Source of the DNA: Candidatus Latescibacterota bacterium | GTDB lineage: Bacteria > Latescibacterota > UBA2968 > UBA8231 | Length of the DNA: 64,000 bases | Reading direction: 5' to 3' | NCBI GenBank assembly: GCA_965203355.1 | Contig: OZ241889.1 | Coordinates: 480,001-544,000 of the forward strand | Shown: piece by piece, positions 38,295 through 47,794 of the stretch | How positions within the stretch are numbered: the stretch's first letter is position 1 | Layout: each line of letters starts with the position of its first letter | The notes under the pieces: model-generated | Seen by the model: the letters and a program-made list of their open reading frames with translations, nothing else | Databases searched by the model: none | What the model was told of the DNA's origin: nothing | Position numbers and translations under genes: made by a program

Positions 38295-39130
38295 CCTCCC
38301 AAGATGACGATCTTACGCAGTGCTTTCTTCCACAGCAACTGCGACGCGCCCAGCACTACAAAAACCCACACTAGCTGCTCAATTATCAGCAATAACTCGT
38401 AGCTCGGCACGTGCGCGAGCAATCCGTCGTAGAGAGCACTGTCTTGGGACTTCACCCCTAGACCGATGGAAAGCGGTGTGTAAAAACACCCCTTGAACGG
38501 CAGGAAAGTCAGCACGTCCCGCAGGAAAACGGGATAAAAATCCAACGGCATAATCCCGCCAGCGCAAAACGCCATGAACACGTTTTTGAACATATTGACG
38601 CCATGGGTCTGCATTATCCAAAACGCGACGCTACCCAAAGACAGATCAATCAAAAAGTAGGTCACAAATCCGAGTACACAGCTAAGAGCCGCCAGTAGCA
38701 GGCGCGTTGGATCGAATGGGACGGAGATGTCCAAGATGTAGCCAAAGAGGATGAACACCGGCACACCCTTGAACAACAAGTTGAATACCGCCTGACCAAT
38801 AGCTGTATATAGGGCCACTAGCCGATAGCTAATGGGCTTGGTCAGCTCGACGGCGATGTCGCCTTTATAGACCTTGTCGCCGATCATCACGTTCACGTCT
38901 TGCCGCACGATAAAGCCAATGATTGTCGAGGCTAGCGTATAGGCTACCATCGAGGCTAGCGATATACCTTCTATTTCCACTTTGCCGGCGTAGATTGCTT
39001 GCCACAGGTAGTAAAACGACAGCAGATATACGCAACTCGCAGACACGTCTGCTAGGAACTGAACTCTATACGTCAGCCCTTCTTGGAACGTTACCTTTAC
39101 CACCCCAATAAAGCGGCCCATATAGATCAT
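38291..39130 (-). CDS. ABC-2 type transporter permease
   Basis: YRVQF, GDIAVELTKP, GGIMPLDFYP, LPF, C-terminal ILGG. Confidence 0.88.
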   Translation of the reverse strand: MIYMGRFIGVVKVTFQEGLTYRVQFLADVSASCVYLLSFYYLWQAIYAGKVEIEGISLASMVAYTLASTIIGFIVRQDVNVMIGDKVYKGDIAVELTKPISYRLVALYTAIGQAVFNLLFKGVPVFILFGYILDISVPFDPTRLLLAALSCVLGFVTYFLIDLSLGSVAFWIMQTHGVNMFKNVFMAFCAGGIMPLDFYPVFLRDVLTFLPFKGCFYTPLSIGLGVKSQDSALYDGLLAHVPSYELLLIIEQLVWVFVVLGASQLLWKKALRKIVILGG

Positions 39131-40119
39131 GTACCGGCGGGTTTTTGTTGGTACAGGCTCTTGACAATAGTGCCGATTTCTTGCTCCTGTACGACGAGAT
39201 CCCGTACTTCGTTGTGGGCGGCTATCTCGGTGATCAACCGGGTCGTCGATAGCTGGTCGCCGTCAAACTCTATTTCCAACGTATTGCCTGTGCTTTTGAC
39301 GACGGCTGTGTCGCTCAAACCGTCGAGATGCTGTGGAGGATGGGCTAGCTCCAAGGTCATGGTCCGCGTCTTGCCATAGATGTTTTTGAGCTTTTCAAGG
39401 CTGCCGTCAAACAGCATCTGGCCTTTGTCGATGACGATGATCCGCCGACACAACTTTTCTACATCCTCCAAATCGTGGCTGGTAAGTATGATGGAAACGC
39501 CGTGCTCGCGGTTCATGTGGACGAAGAAGTTGCGGATGTTTTCCTTGACCACGATATCCAAGCCGATCGTCGGCTCGTCGAGATAGACTATTGGGGGCTT
39601 GTGCAGCAGGGAGAGGGCCATGTTGCATAGCATCTTCTGCCCTAAGCTCAAGCTGCGAGCGTTTTTTGTGAGCAAATGACCGAGGCCCAAAATAGACGCA
39701 AAGAGTTCCATCTGCTGTCGATAGAGCGGGTTGGGAAGGTCGTACAGTCGGCGGTGGAGTTCAAACGACTCGATGACAGGTAAGTCCCAGCGCAATTGCG
39801 AACGCTGGCCGAATACCACGCCGATATTGCGTGCGTTCTCGATGCGGTTCTCGTAGGGTTCGATACCCAAGACCTCAATGCGGCCGGCAGAGGGTGTCAG
39901 AATGCCGGTCAGCAGTTTTATGGTCGTTGACTTGCCGGCACCGTTGGGGCCTAGATAGGCGACGATTTCGCCGGCCTCGATAGCGAAATTTAGGTCGTCG
40001 ACAGCATGTATAAGTGAGGTCCGCGGCCAGAATAGGCTTTTGAACGCTCCTTTTAGGCCCGGATCTTTTAGGGGGATTTTATACGATTTGGATAGGTTAC
40101 TCACCTTAATGATCGACAT
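39127..40119 (-). CDS. ABC exporter ATP-binding protein
   Basis: GPNGAGKSTT, VFGQRSQL.WDLP, LSLGQKM, LDEPTIGLD, TSHD. Confidence 0.92.
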   Translation of the reverse strand: MSIIKVSNLSKSYKIPLKDPGLKGAFKSLFWPRTSLIHAVDDLNFAIEAGEIVAYLGPNGAGKSTTIKLLTGILTPSAGRIEVLGIEPYENRIENARNIGVVFGQRSQLRWDLPVIESFELHRRLYDLPNPLYRQQMELFASILGLGHLLTKNARSLSLGQKMLCNMALSLLHKPPIVYLDEPTIGLDIVVKENIRNFFVHMNREHGVSIILTSHDLEDVEKLCRRIIVIDKGQMLFDGSLEKLKNIYGKTRTMTLELAHPPQHLDGLSDTAVVKSTGNTLEIEFDGDQLSTTRLITEIAAHNEVRDLVVQEQEIGTIVKSLYQQKPAGT

Positions 40120-40166
40120 TTCCCTATTGTTACCTAAAAGTAAAGTAAAGTAAAGAAAAACTATTC

Positions 40167-41240
40167 CTAAAAAACCGGAATGAACTTGTGGCACACGGGC
40201 GAAGAAACTTCGGCCTTGTGGCCAGTCGGCGTCAGCTTCCCCGTGTCCTGATCCACCTTGAACGTAAAGATGTCGTCGGTGCTGTGGTTGCCGACGATCA
40301 GGTAGGTGCCCGTGGGGTCGAGGCCGAAGTTGCGCGGGTTGGCACCGCCGGTCGGCACGATCTCAACGAGTGCGAGCTGGCCGGTGTCTGGGGCGATGGC
40401 ATAGACGGCAATGGAGTCGTGGCCGCGATTGGACCCGTAGAGGAAGCGGCCATTGGGGTGGACGTGGATGTCGGCGGTGTGGCTGACCTCGGCGTAGCCG
40501 TCGGGCAGCGTCGAGATGGTCTGGATGGTGGCGAGCGCACCGGCGTCAGCGTCGTAGTCAAAAGCCGTGATGGTGTTGCTCAGTTCGTTGATGACGTACG
40601 CCTGCTGGCCGTTGGGGTGGAAAGCGAGGTGGCGCGGGCCGCTGCCGGGCGTGATTTCCGCGGGCGTCTGCGCGACGAGCTTGCCATTTTCGTGGTCAAT
40701 CGCATAGATGAGCACTTTGTCGATGCCCAAGTCTGGGGCAAAGGCGTGTTTGTTGTTGGGTGCTACCATAATCGAATGGGCGTGCGGCCCCTCTTGGCGT
40801 CGTGGATTGACCGAAGAACCTTCGTGTTGGACGAAATCCGCGGCCGGGCCGAGCGAGCCATCTTCGCGAATCGGCAGAAGGGCAACGCTGCCGCCGCCGT
40901 AGTTGGCAACCAGCGCGTACTGACCGGCGCGGTCAATGCTGATATGGCAAGGGCCGGGACCGACGGTCGATTCGGTGTTGACTTGGGTGAGGGCTCCGCT
41001 CTGCTGGTCAATGGCAAAGGCCGCAACCGCGCCGCCGGGCCGGTCGCCCACCGCACTGGTCTCGCCGATGGCGTAGAGGAAGCGGCGGTTGGGCGCGATG
41101 TCGAGGAAGGAAGGATTGTCAATGCCGCCAATGCTGCTTTGATACGCGAGCGCACCGGTAGCCATGTCGAGACGATAGACGTAAATGCCGTCTTCGTCGC
41201 CGCTGGAATAGGTGCCGATATAGACGAGATAATCGCTCAT
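40167..41240 (-). CDS. pgl: 6-phosphogluconolactonase-like (cycloisomerase 2) beta-propeller lactonase
   Basis: VYIGTY, NPSFL, ANYGGGSV, RQEGPHAH, DLGID, GPRH, SNRGHDSI, PRNF. Confidence 0.88.
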   Translation of the reverse strand: MSDYLVYIGTYSSGDEDGIYVYRLDMATGALAYQSSIGGIDNPSFLDIAPNRRFLYAIGETSAVGDRPGGAVAAFAIDQQSGALTQVNTESTVGPGPCHISIDRAGQYALVANYGGGSVALLPIREDGSLGPAADFVQHEGSSVNPRRQEGPHAHSIMVAPNNKHAFAPDLGIDKVLIYAIDHENGKLVAQTPAEITPGSGPRHLAFHPNGQQAYVINELSNTITAFDYDADAGALATIQTISTLPDGYAEVSHTADIHVHPNGRFLYGSNRGHDSIAVYAIAPDTGQLALVEIVPTGGANPRNFGLDPTGTYLIVGNHSTDDIFTFKVDQDTGKLTPTGHKAEVSSPVCHKFIPVF

Positions 41241-41384
41241 AGTAGTACTCCTTTGGGTTGTGAAGGCGATGGAAAAAATAAACAGAAGAACGAGTAGATT
41301 CCATTTCATAAAACGTCTCCTGAGCCGCTTAAAAGACATTCCCAACCGTCCGCCCGTAGCCGCCGCAAATCCGGCGCGACGCAG

Positions 41385-43730
41385 CTAATATACTACCGAG
41401 AGCGCACCCGCGTACGTCCCCGATCCCGACTCCGCCCCCAAATCGAGGCGGTAGAGATACAGGCCCGGCGCGACTAAGGCTCCCGATGCGTCGCGCACCG
41501 TCCACGTGAAGCGGTGGCCTGTTGCGGTCGGCGTGGACGCGACCGCAGCGACTTGGCGTCCCGCTAGGTCGTAGAGCGCGAGCGTGGGAGTCGCTGCGTC
41601 TAGCTTGAAGACCACAAAGCGCATATCGAGCGCGTCGTTGACCCCGTCGCCGTTAGGCGTGATCACGGGCGAGGCCAGTTCCAATGCGTCGATGAGTTGG
41701 CCGCGCTCGGCTAGCTCGGGTAGCATTACTACCTGAGAGCGACGCTCGGCTGGCTCAACCGACTGCCAGAGACCGGGCCGCTCGCTCAGCCCAAGGTCGA
41801 GGGGAAAAACCGTGGCGTTGTGCAAAACTCGCGTCGTAAAACCCACCCGTATCGAGTCCTCGGTCACGATGCGCGGCAGGGCGACTAGCAGCGAGTCGCC
41901 CCGCTGCTCAACGCGAGCAGGTTCGACCGGCGCGGAGCCGATGTGTAGCTCGAGGTCCTCGGCGTCAATTCGGCCCGGCACGGTAAAGCGCAACAGGTCG
42001 AAACCCGAATCCTCAGCCGCCATCTGCGGCCAAAGCGTATAGGTGAAACGGATGTCTTCGTTGGGGATGGCTTGGCGCGGCTCAATGCGACCCACCGCAC
42101 CCTGCAACAGCGCTTCCTCAAACTCGACCGACAGCGAATGGACCACCGGTGCCGCGCTGGGGTCATCGGTGGAGAGGATCATCTCCAGCAGGATGAAGCG
42201 GCGCGGGCTTTCCGACTGAAACGCCTCGCCCGAAAACTGATAGACATTGCTCCATTCGCCCCAATCCTCGCCCACCACGAGCGTCGTATCGACCGGACCG
42301 CGCAGCACCTTGGGCGAACTCTTCCATTTCTCCTCGGTGACCTGTTCGCCGATCTTGTTGTAAAATGTATAGACCGGCTCCAGCGAGTTGCCCGAGCGCG
42401 AGCGCAGTTGCAGGCGCGTACCCGCGGCCAACTCGGCATCCCAAGAGAGGTTTTTGATGACTTTTGGACGCCCGTCGCCCGAGGTTTGTCCTAAGTCAAT
42501 GAAGTCCGAGTGCAAGACCACTTCGGCGGGATAACCCGGCGAGAAAAGCATGAACTCGGCCCATTTGACGATGCCCCAACCAGTGTCCTTAATGCCGTGC
42601 CAGAAGAAGTAGCGCATCTTGCGCGGCTTGAACACATAGCGAATGTAAAGCAAGCGGTCGGCATTGGGATTGATGTGGGTTAGGAGCGCTGTGTAGTCAA
42701 ACGCATCGGGCACCGGCAGATTGGAACTAAGACTGCGGGTGCCGTCTGAATAGAGCACGGTATGACCCGGGCCAGTGCCATTGATCGAGAAGCCCACTAA
42801 ACCCTCGTCGGGCCGAAAAGAATAGAGAAAGAACTCATCAACGAAGAACACGGCCCCCAAATCCACCCCGAACCACACCCCACCCTCCTTCCAGCCGAGG
42901 CTACCATACGAAGAGCCGATGAGGTTGTTGGTGTTCATGTCGGCGTCGAAGAGATTTTGCGGATCGACTGAGTTGCCTCCGTTGACAAAGCGGCCTCGCT
43001 GCATGGTGCCAATGCTGATATTGTCGCCGATGCCGCGGACTTCGATTTCGGCCAAGGCTGCGTCCGGGGTTTTCTCTTCGGCCTCAATGCGGATGCGCTG
43101 GATCACCCGATAGTTGTTTTTGGCCACCGGGTCAATATCCAAGCCCTCGTCGAGTTGAAACACACTGTCGCGGGCGGTAAACCCGAGGGGGACGGCGATT
43201 TCGCGGGCCGCATTGGGTCGGGTCGTGCGGAAGAGCGGCTCCAGCAGCACCAAGTCGTCTTGCACCGAGATGCGGGTCCCCGTGCTGCCGTACACGGTAA
43301 ACTGGCGGAAGGGACGTGCGCCCTCCTCATCGGGAAAAACGAGGCGTATTTCCCGGGCCAGCACGGCGCGGCCCAAGTCTATCTCAATGGCCCAGTCTTC
43401 GACGGCGTCCGCCGGGTCTGGACGCCAGAAGGTCTGGGGATCTCCGTCGATGATGTACTCTGCATCGGCTGGATTGGAAACCGCCTCCCAGATGCCGCCC
43501 GCAACTCGCCCGCGACTCTTGCTATCGTAGGAGAAGAGATGGGCATCAGCGACGGCGTTGATGTCCTTGCGGAACTTGACGAGCTGCAACTGGCCGTTCT
43601 CGCCCACTTTGGTTAGGCCGCGAGGCACCTGCCAAGTAGCCCAGGCATCTTGCCCTTGGAAGGTCAGGGTTTCGCTGCTGGCAGCCATGGCGACAACCGC
43701 GACGCAGACAAACGGCAAAAGAAATCGCAT
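41385..43730 (-). CDS. Secreted hypothetical protein with discoidin-like domains and C-terminal FlgD-Ig / TPNGDG (T9SS type B-like) domain
   Basis: Signal peptide; IIDGDPQTFW, IEIDLGR, VDLG; C-terminus ITPNGDGVND...YDLAGR...PGLYLY. Confidence 0.72.
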   Translation of the reverse strand: MRFLLPFVCVAVVAMAASSETLTFQGQDAWATWQVPRGLTKVGENGQLQLVKFRKDINAVADAHLFSYDSKSRGRVAGGIWEAVSNPADAEYIIDGDPQTFWRPDPADAVEDWAIEIDLGRAVLAREIRLVFPDEEGARPFRQFTVYGSTGTRISVQDDLVLLEPLFRTTRPNAAREIAVPLGFTARDSVFQLDEGLDIDPVAKNNYRVIQRIRIEAEEKTPDAALAEIEVRGIGDNISIGTMQRGRFVNGGNSVDPQNLFDADMNTNNLIGSSYGSLGWKEGGVWFGVDLGAVFFVDEFFLYSFRPDEGLVGFSINGTGPGHTVLYSDGTRSLSSNLPVPDAFDYTALLTHINPNADRLLYIRYVFKPRKMRYFFWHGIKDTGWGIVKWAEFMLFSPGYPAEVVLHSDFIDLGQTSGDGRPKVIKNLSWDAELAAGTRLQLRSRSGNSLEPVYTFYNKIGEQVTEEKWKSSPKVLRGPVDTTLVVGEDWGEWSNVYQFSGEAFQSESPRRFILLEMILSTDDPSAAPVVHSLSVEFEEALLQGAVGRIEPRQAIPNEDIRFTYTLWPQMAAEDSGFDLLRFTVPGRIDAEDLELHIGSAPVEPARVEQRGDSLLVALPRIVTEDSIRVGFTTRVLHNATVFPLDLGLSERPGLWQSVEPAERRSQVVMLPELAERGQLIDALELASPVITPNGDGVNDALDMRFVVFKLDAATPTLALYDLAGRQVAAVASTPTATGHRFTWTVRDASGALVAPGLYLYRLDLGAESGSGTYAGALSVVY

Positions 43731-43742
43731 CGTTTCCCCCCC

Positions 43743-45794
43743 TCAGTACGCTACGCCCACCGGGCGGAGCACCGCGTCAGCACGGCGCTCGGATTGCAGG
43801 CTTACGGAAATTAGGTACACGCCCGGCGGCAGGGCCGTGCCCTGTGCGTTGCGGCCGTCCCAGCGGGCCGTTTGCGGGCCGGCCGTTTGCAAGCCTTGGG
43901 CCACGGTCGCCACATGGCGTCCGTCGAGCGCATAGACCGCCAATTCGACGGGCACTTGTTCTGGCAGGCCGTAGAGGGAATAGGCCACGCGAAGCTCGTC
44001 GTGAACGCCATCGCCATTGGGCGTCAACACCGGCGTTGAAAAGCGCACGTTTTGCACCAAGGCCGGTTGCTGATCGGAACTGCTAAGGACGCGCAGGCTA
44101 TTGGTGGAGAGCAATTCGCTGGCGTCGCCCGAGACGATGGGTTGGGGCAAGGTCTCGACCTCTGAGTCGGCAATGGTGCCCAAGAACGTGGTGGCCAGTT
44201 CAAAAACTTCCGCGGCAAAGACGATCCGCAACGGCGCGTTGTTGGCGCGGGTAACGCGCTCGGGCAATACTACTGTCAGTCCGTCGTCCTCTTCGCGGAC
44301 CGCGGCCGGATCCGTCGCTTGGCCACCGACGAGCAACTCTTTGAACGCAGGCCGGGCCCCCGTTTGGATATGCACTTGGTCGAAGCCGCGCTGATCTCCG
44401 CCGGAGAAGGAGGCCGACAGCTCGTACGCAAACTCGACCGTCTCGCCCAAGGCCACCTCGCCCAATCCATGCACCGGACGCAGATCGGCAAGCGGGGCCA
44501 CTTCGCCGAGGACGCGCGCCGCCAACAGCGGGGCCCGCTCGACCCACAGCGAATCCAAGCGCACAAAATCCGCAAAGCGGATGCTGTGCAAGGTAATGAG
44601 TACCTGTATGAAAGAGCCGCTGTCGAGATTGAGCGGCTGGCCCGGTTGGGTCGTGGGCGTTGACCAGAAGGTCCAGTTGTCGCTGTCGTAGGTAACGGAA
44701 GCCCTCATGCCGGGCCGGGGACTGCGCTGGACGAAATCGCAGGAGGCGCACGTGCGGGCGAATCCGGTGCGGAGCTCGTTCTCGTAGCGGATGCGCGAGA
44801 CGACCTTTTCCTTGCCAGTGACCGTGTATTCGCGATAGACGTTCGGATCGTCGTCGCGCCCCGTGCGAACCTCAATCTCGGCGAAGGCCCGTGCATCGGG
44901 TGCCTCGACCGCTTCGCCAGCGACAAAGCGCATCGGCGTGGCAGTAAAGAACAGCCGACCAAAATTTTGCTCGGCCCCGAGGTCGATAATTTTGGAGCGG
45001 TACGTGGCTCGCTTGGGAAAGCCCTCACCATAGATCTCAAACTCGCTGATGGTGCCCAAGAGCGAGCGGGCTTGATTGCCTTGGCCGCCGGATGAGCCGC
45101 TAACGCGGGTCAAGGCCGTCTCATCGATGATGGAGAATTTGCGCGCCCAGCGGAAAAAGCGCGCGTATTGCTGGTCGAAATCAATGCGCACGTCATGCAC
45201 AAAATTTTGCGTCGGCTCGGCGACGATCCTTGCGAGGGGCAGCGGACCTTTGATGGCGAAAATATCGCTGTTTTCCTCTTGGATCGAGACTTGGAAGGCC
45301 GGAGTCGAGTCCGTGTGCAGCGGCGTACCGTCGGCGCGAAAGCCGCCCGAAGGAGTGTGGAAGCCGAAGGTGTGCGCCGGCATAGGCACGGCCAAGTCAA
45401 TCGTGAAAAACTGCTTGTCAATGCCCTCGGCCTTGGAGGAATTGTACGTGGTGCTATCGGCATCGATGAGCGCGACGCCGTTTTCGGTTGGGTCGCCGTT
45501 GCCCTCGTTCCACTTCCAGATGCGAGGTCGCTCGCCGTCGATATAGCCTAATTCTTTGGGCTGGCGAAAGGTCGTCCAGTTGTCGAGCAGGGAAATGATA
45601 TTGACGCCCGGCTCGACGCGCACCGGCTGGATGGCACCAGGGACGCGCTCAAAGTCGATCATAATGCTGACCGTGTCTTGGCCGGCCCAAGGCTGGCTGC
45701 CGCCGAGTTGCCAAGTCGTCACCTCCGCTTTTAGAACGACCGGAACCAGCAGCCCAATGCCAGCGACTAGCGCGAAACGGCGAGTGTTCAGCAT
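43743..45794 (-). CDS. Secreted hypothetical protein, distant paralog of the adjacent gene, with C-terminal FlgD-Ig / TPNGDG domain
   Basis: Signal peptide; LIDADSTT, FTIDL, GFPKRATYRSKIIDLG; C-terminus LTPNGDGVHD...WDGRN...PPGVYL. Confidence 0.72.
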   Translation of the reverse strand: MLNTRRFALVAGIGLLVPVVLKAEVTTWQLGGSQPWAGQDTVSIMIDFERVPGAIQPVRVEPGVNIISLLDNWTTFRQPKELGYIDGERPRIWKWNEGNGDPTENGVALIDADSTTYNSSKAEGIDKQFFTIDLAVPMPAHTFGFHTPSGGFRADGTPLHTDSTPAFQVSIQEENSDIFAIKGPLPLARIVAEPTQNFVHDVRIDFDQQYARFFRWARKFSIIDETALTRVSGSSGGQGNQARSLLGTISEFEIYGEGFPKRATYRSKIIDLGAEQNFGRLFFTATPMRFVAGEAVEAPDARAFAEIEVRTGRDDDPNVYREYTVTGKEKVVSRIRYENELRTGFARTCASCDFVQRSPRPGMRASVTYDSDNWTFWSTPTTQPGQPLNLDSGSFIQVLITLHSIRFADFVRLDSLWVERAPLLAARVLGEVAPLADLRPVHGLGEVALGETVEFAYELSASFSGGDQRGFDQVHIQTGARPAFKELLVGGQATDPAAVREEDDGLTVVLPERVTRANNAPLRIVFAAEVFELATTFLGTIADSEVETLPQPIVSGDASELLSTNSLRVLSSSDQQPALVQNVRFSTPVLTPNGDGVHDELRVAYSLYGLPEQVPVELAVYALDGRHVATVAQGLQTAGPQTARWDGRNAQGTALPPGVYLISVSLQSERRADAVLRPVGVAY

Positions 45795-45806
45795 GGTTCT
45801 GCCCTC

Positions 45807-46547
45807 CTAGCGAAAATGCACGTCGGCCGCGTGGGGAGCCCCGGGGCCGCGCTGCATCCTCATTAGCTGACGCTGACGCACGCTCAAGCCATCGTACCAT
45901 TCCGGCGGGAAGCCGTCGTGCGGATCGAGTTGGAATACCAGCATGTGCTTTCTATAGTGGCCGAAGAGGGCGTGGCGATTGCGGTCGCTGGTGTTGGCGC
46001 CGCCGCCATGCCAGCACTGGCCGTTGAAGACGATCACCGAACCGGCTGCGGCTGTGGGCTGCACCTCGTGCCGGACTACAAATCCCTCCGGGGGCGCGGC
46101 GAGGCCGCTCTTATGTGAGCCGGGCACCACGCGAGTGCCGCCGATTTCAGTGCTGAAGTCGTCGAGCATCCACACCGTATTCATCATCACCGGCGTACTC
46201 ATGTTGAGCATATAGGCGGGGATGTCGCTGTGCAGATCTTGGAAGCCGTCGCCGGGGCGGACGATGCGCGAGTTGAGGCTACCCAAAATCAGCGAGGGTT
46301 CGAGAAAGTGTTCGAGAATGGGCAAGACGCGGGGGTGGTCAAGACACGGGTGGAAGATGCGATCCATGACCGGGAGGTTGGCCACGTGGCGCGCCGAGCC
46401 GCGATGCGTGTGTTCGGTGCCGTGCTCTTGTTCGCAGCGGATCAGGGCTTGGCGCATGGCCGCGGTCGCGTCGGCGTCGAGGACGTTTTCGAGCAGGGTG
46501 AAGCCGTAGATTTCGATTTCTTGGACGGCTTGTTCAATTTCGTTCAT
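45807..46547 (-). CDS. Phytanoyl-CoA dioxygenase (PhyH) family protein
   Basis: LHSD, WMLDDF...GGTRVVPGSH, WHGGGAN...R. Confidence 0.9.
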   Translation of the reverse strand: MNEIEQAVQEIEIYGFTLLENVLDADATAAMRQALIRCEQEHGTEHTHRGSARHVANLPVMDRIFHPCLDHPRVLPILEHFLEPSLILGSLNSRIVRPGDGFQDLHSDIPAYMLNMSTPVMMNTVWMLDDFSTEIGGTRVVPGSHKSGLAAPPEGFVVRHEVQPTAAAGSVIVFNGQCWHGGGANTSDRNRHALFGHYRKHMLVFQLDPHDGFPPEWYDGLSVRQRQLMRMQRGPGAPHAADVHFR

Positions 46548-46627
46548 AAGGGAGCTCCTTCACAAAGGCTGTTAAAATAAACCCGCACAGTTTGCTTCGG
46601 CAAATGACCGCTGCTAGCGAATAAGAT

Positions 46628-46747
46628 CGCAGTGGTACAAGCTTTACTCTCGTTAAACGGGTCGTCCCGCTCCGCCTGAACCCCGGCACCTCAAGCCCGA
46701 CCTCAACCGTGCCGCGACAATTGGAGATTGCAAAGTGTACCATTACC
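46628..46747. mobile_element. MITE-like element, copy 3, with target-site duplication AATAAGAT(CG)
   Basis: Aligns with copy 1; ends CGCAGTGGTACA / TGTACCATTACC; direct repeat aataagatcg at 46620-46629 and 46748-46757. Confidence 0.78.
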
Positions 46748-46811
46748 AATAAGATCGTACATGTATTGGGGTGTTTTATAGTACCCTTGAAGGGTACACT
46801 GACGGAAAATT

Positions 46812-47639
46812 TCAATCGTCAAATGTAGGTGGTGGATCAAATAAGCTGTATGAGTCAGTTGTTAAAAATGATTCTTTGAGATCGTCCTGTTGTAAGAACC
46901 CTAGTGCTTCATTTACGGACTCAAATTCGTAGACCTTCACTCCGCCTAAGTTGGATATCAATTCTACCAAAACTTTATTGATTTCTCTCTCTTTTGAATC
47001 GTCGAGAATATTATCAATTAATATCTCGAGATTGTCCTTGATAGAATCAATCATCTTGATTCCTATAGATTGTTTTTTTTTGCTGTTCAAATCATTGAAT
47101 TTTTCCCATGCTCTGGTATCTTTTTCATCGTCCGCTTCTTCCCAATTAAAATCAATGTCAAATTCATTTAGTATATCACATATGCGATCAAAGGGAATGA
47201 GAAAAAGATTTATGTCATTACTACGCATCATAGCTAGAGAGGATCCGCTCCAGTTACCAGCTAATATCGCGATGGATTCTATAATACTGTGAAATCTTCG
47301 CCTGATGGCAGAGTGAGCATTGCAGATCCAGATGGCTTTATCTCGATTGTTCTTTTTGTATCTAATATACTTTGATTCAAAAATTATCAGTGGCTGCATG
47401 GTCTGATTAGCTAAAACGCCGTCAATGTTATATAAATTCCCAAAGTTATCTGCTATTAATAGTTTTTTTGGATTCTTACCACTTCTTGTTTTTTTCACAC
47501 CTGATGTCAAATAGTAATAGCCACATTTATCGGCAATATCAATTAACAAACTCTCCAGTGCTTTTTCCATAGAATCACCGATGGCTTCTCCTAATGCGCT
47601 CGCGTGATTCTTAAGATCAATAGTTCTGCGATTCATCAT
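46812..47639 (-). CDS. Putative type II restriction endonuclease (PD-(D/E)xK nuclease), AT-rich
   Basis: N-terminal helix Glu (GDSMEK), YNIDGV...IIFESK catalytic pattern; far lower GC than neighbours. Confidence 0.62.
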   Translation of the reverse strand: MMNRRTIDLKNHASALGEAIGDSMEKALESLLIDIADKCGYYYLTSGVKKTRSGKNPKKLLIADNFGNLYNIDGVLANQTMQPLIIFESKYIRYKKNNRDKAIWICNAHSAIRRRFHSIIESIAILAGNWSGSSLAMMRSNDINLFLIPFDRICDILNEFDIDFNWEEADDEKDTRAWEKFNDLNSKKKQSIGIKMIDSIKDNLEILIDNILDDSKEREINKVLVELISNLGGVKVYEFESVNEALGFLQQDDLKESFLTTDSYSLFDPPPTFDD

Positions 47640-47794
47640 TTACTTGTGACGTCTCGCCTATTGGTGAACTTGGCGTTCTGGGTTGTATTGGTCGTCCAAT
47701 CTCGGCGGCTTGTCGCTGTACGGCATTTTCCACATATCACTGAGTAGTTTATGAAAAACCTTCCAACGCGCAAGGAGTCCAACAAAAGCGAATA

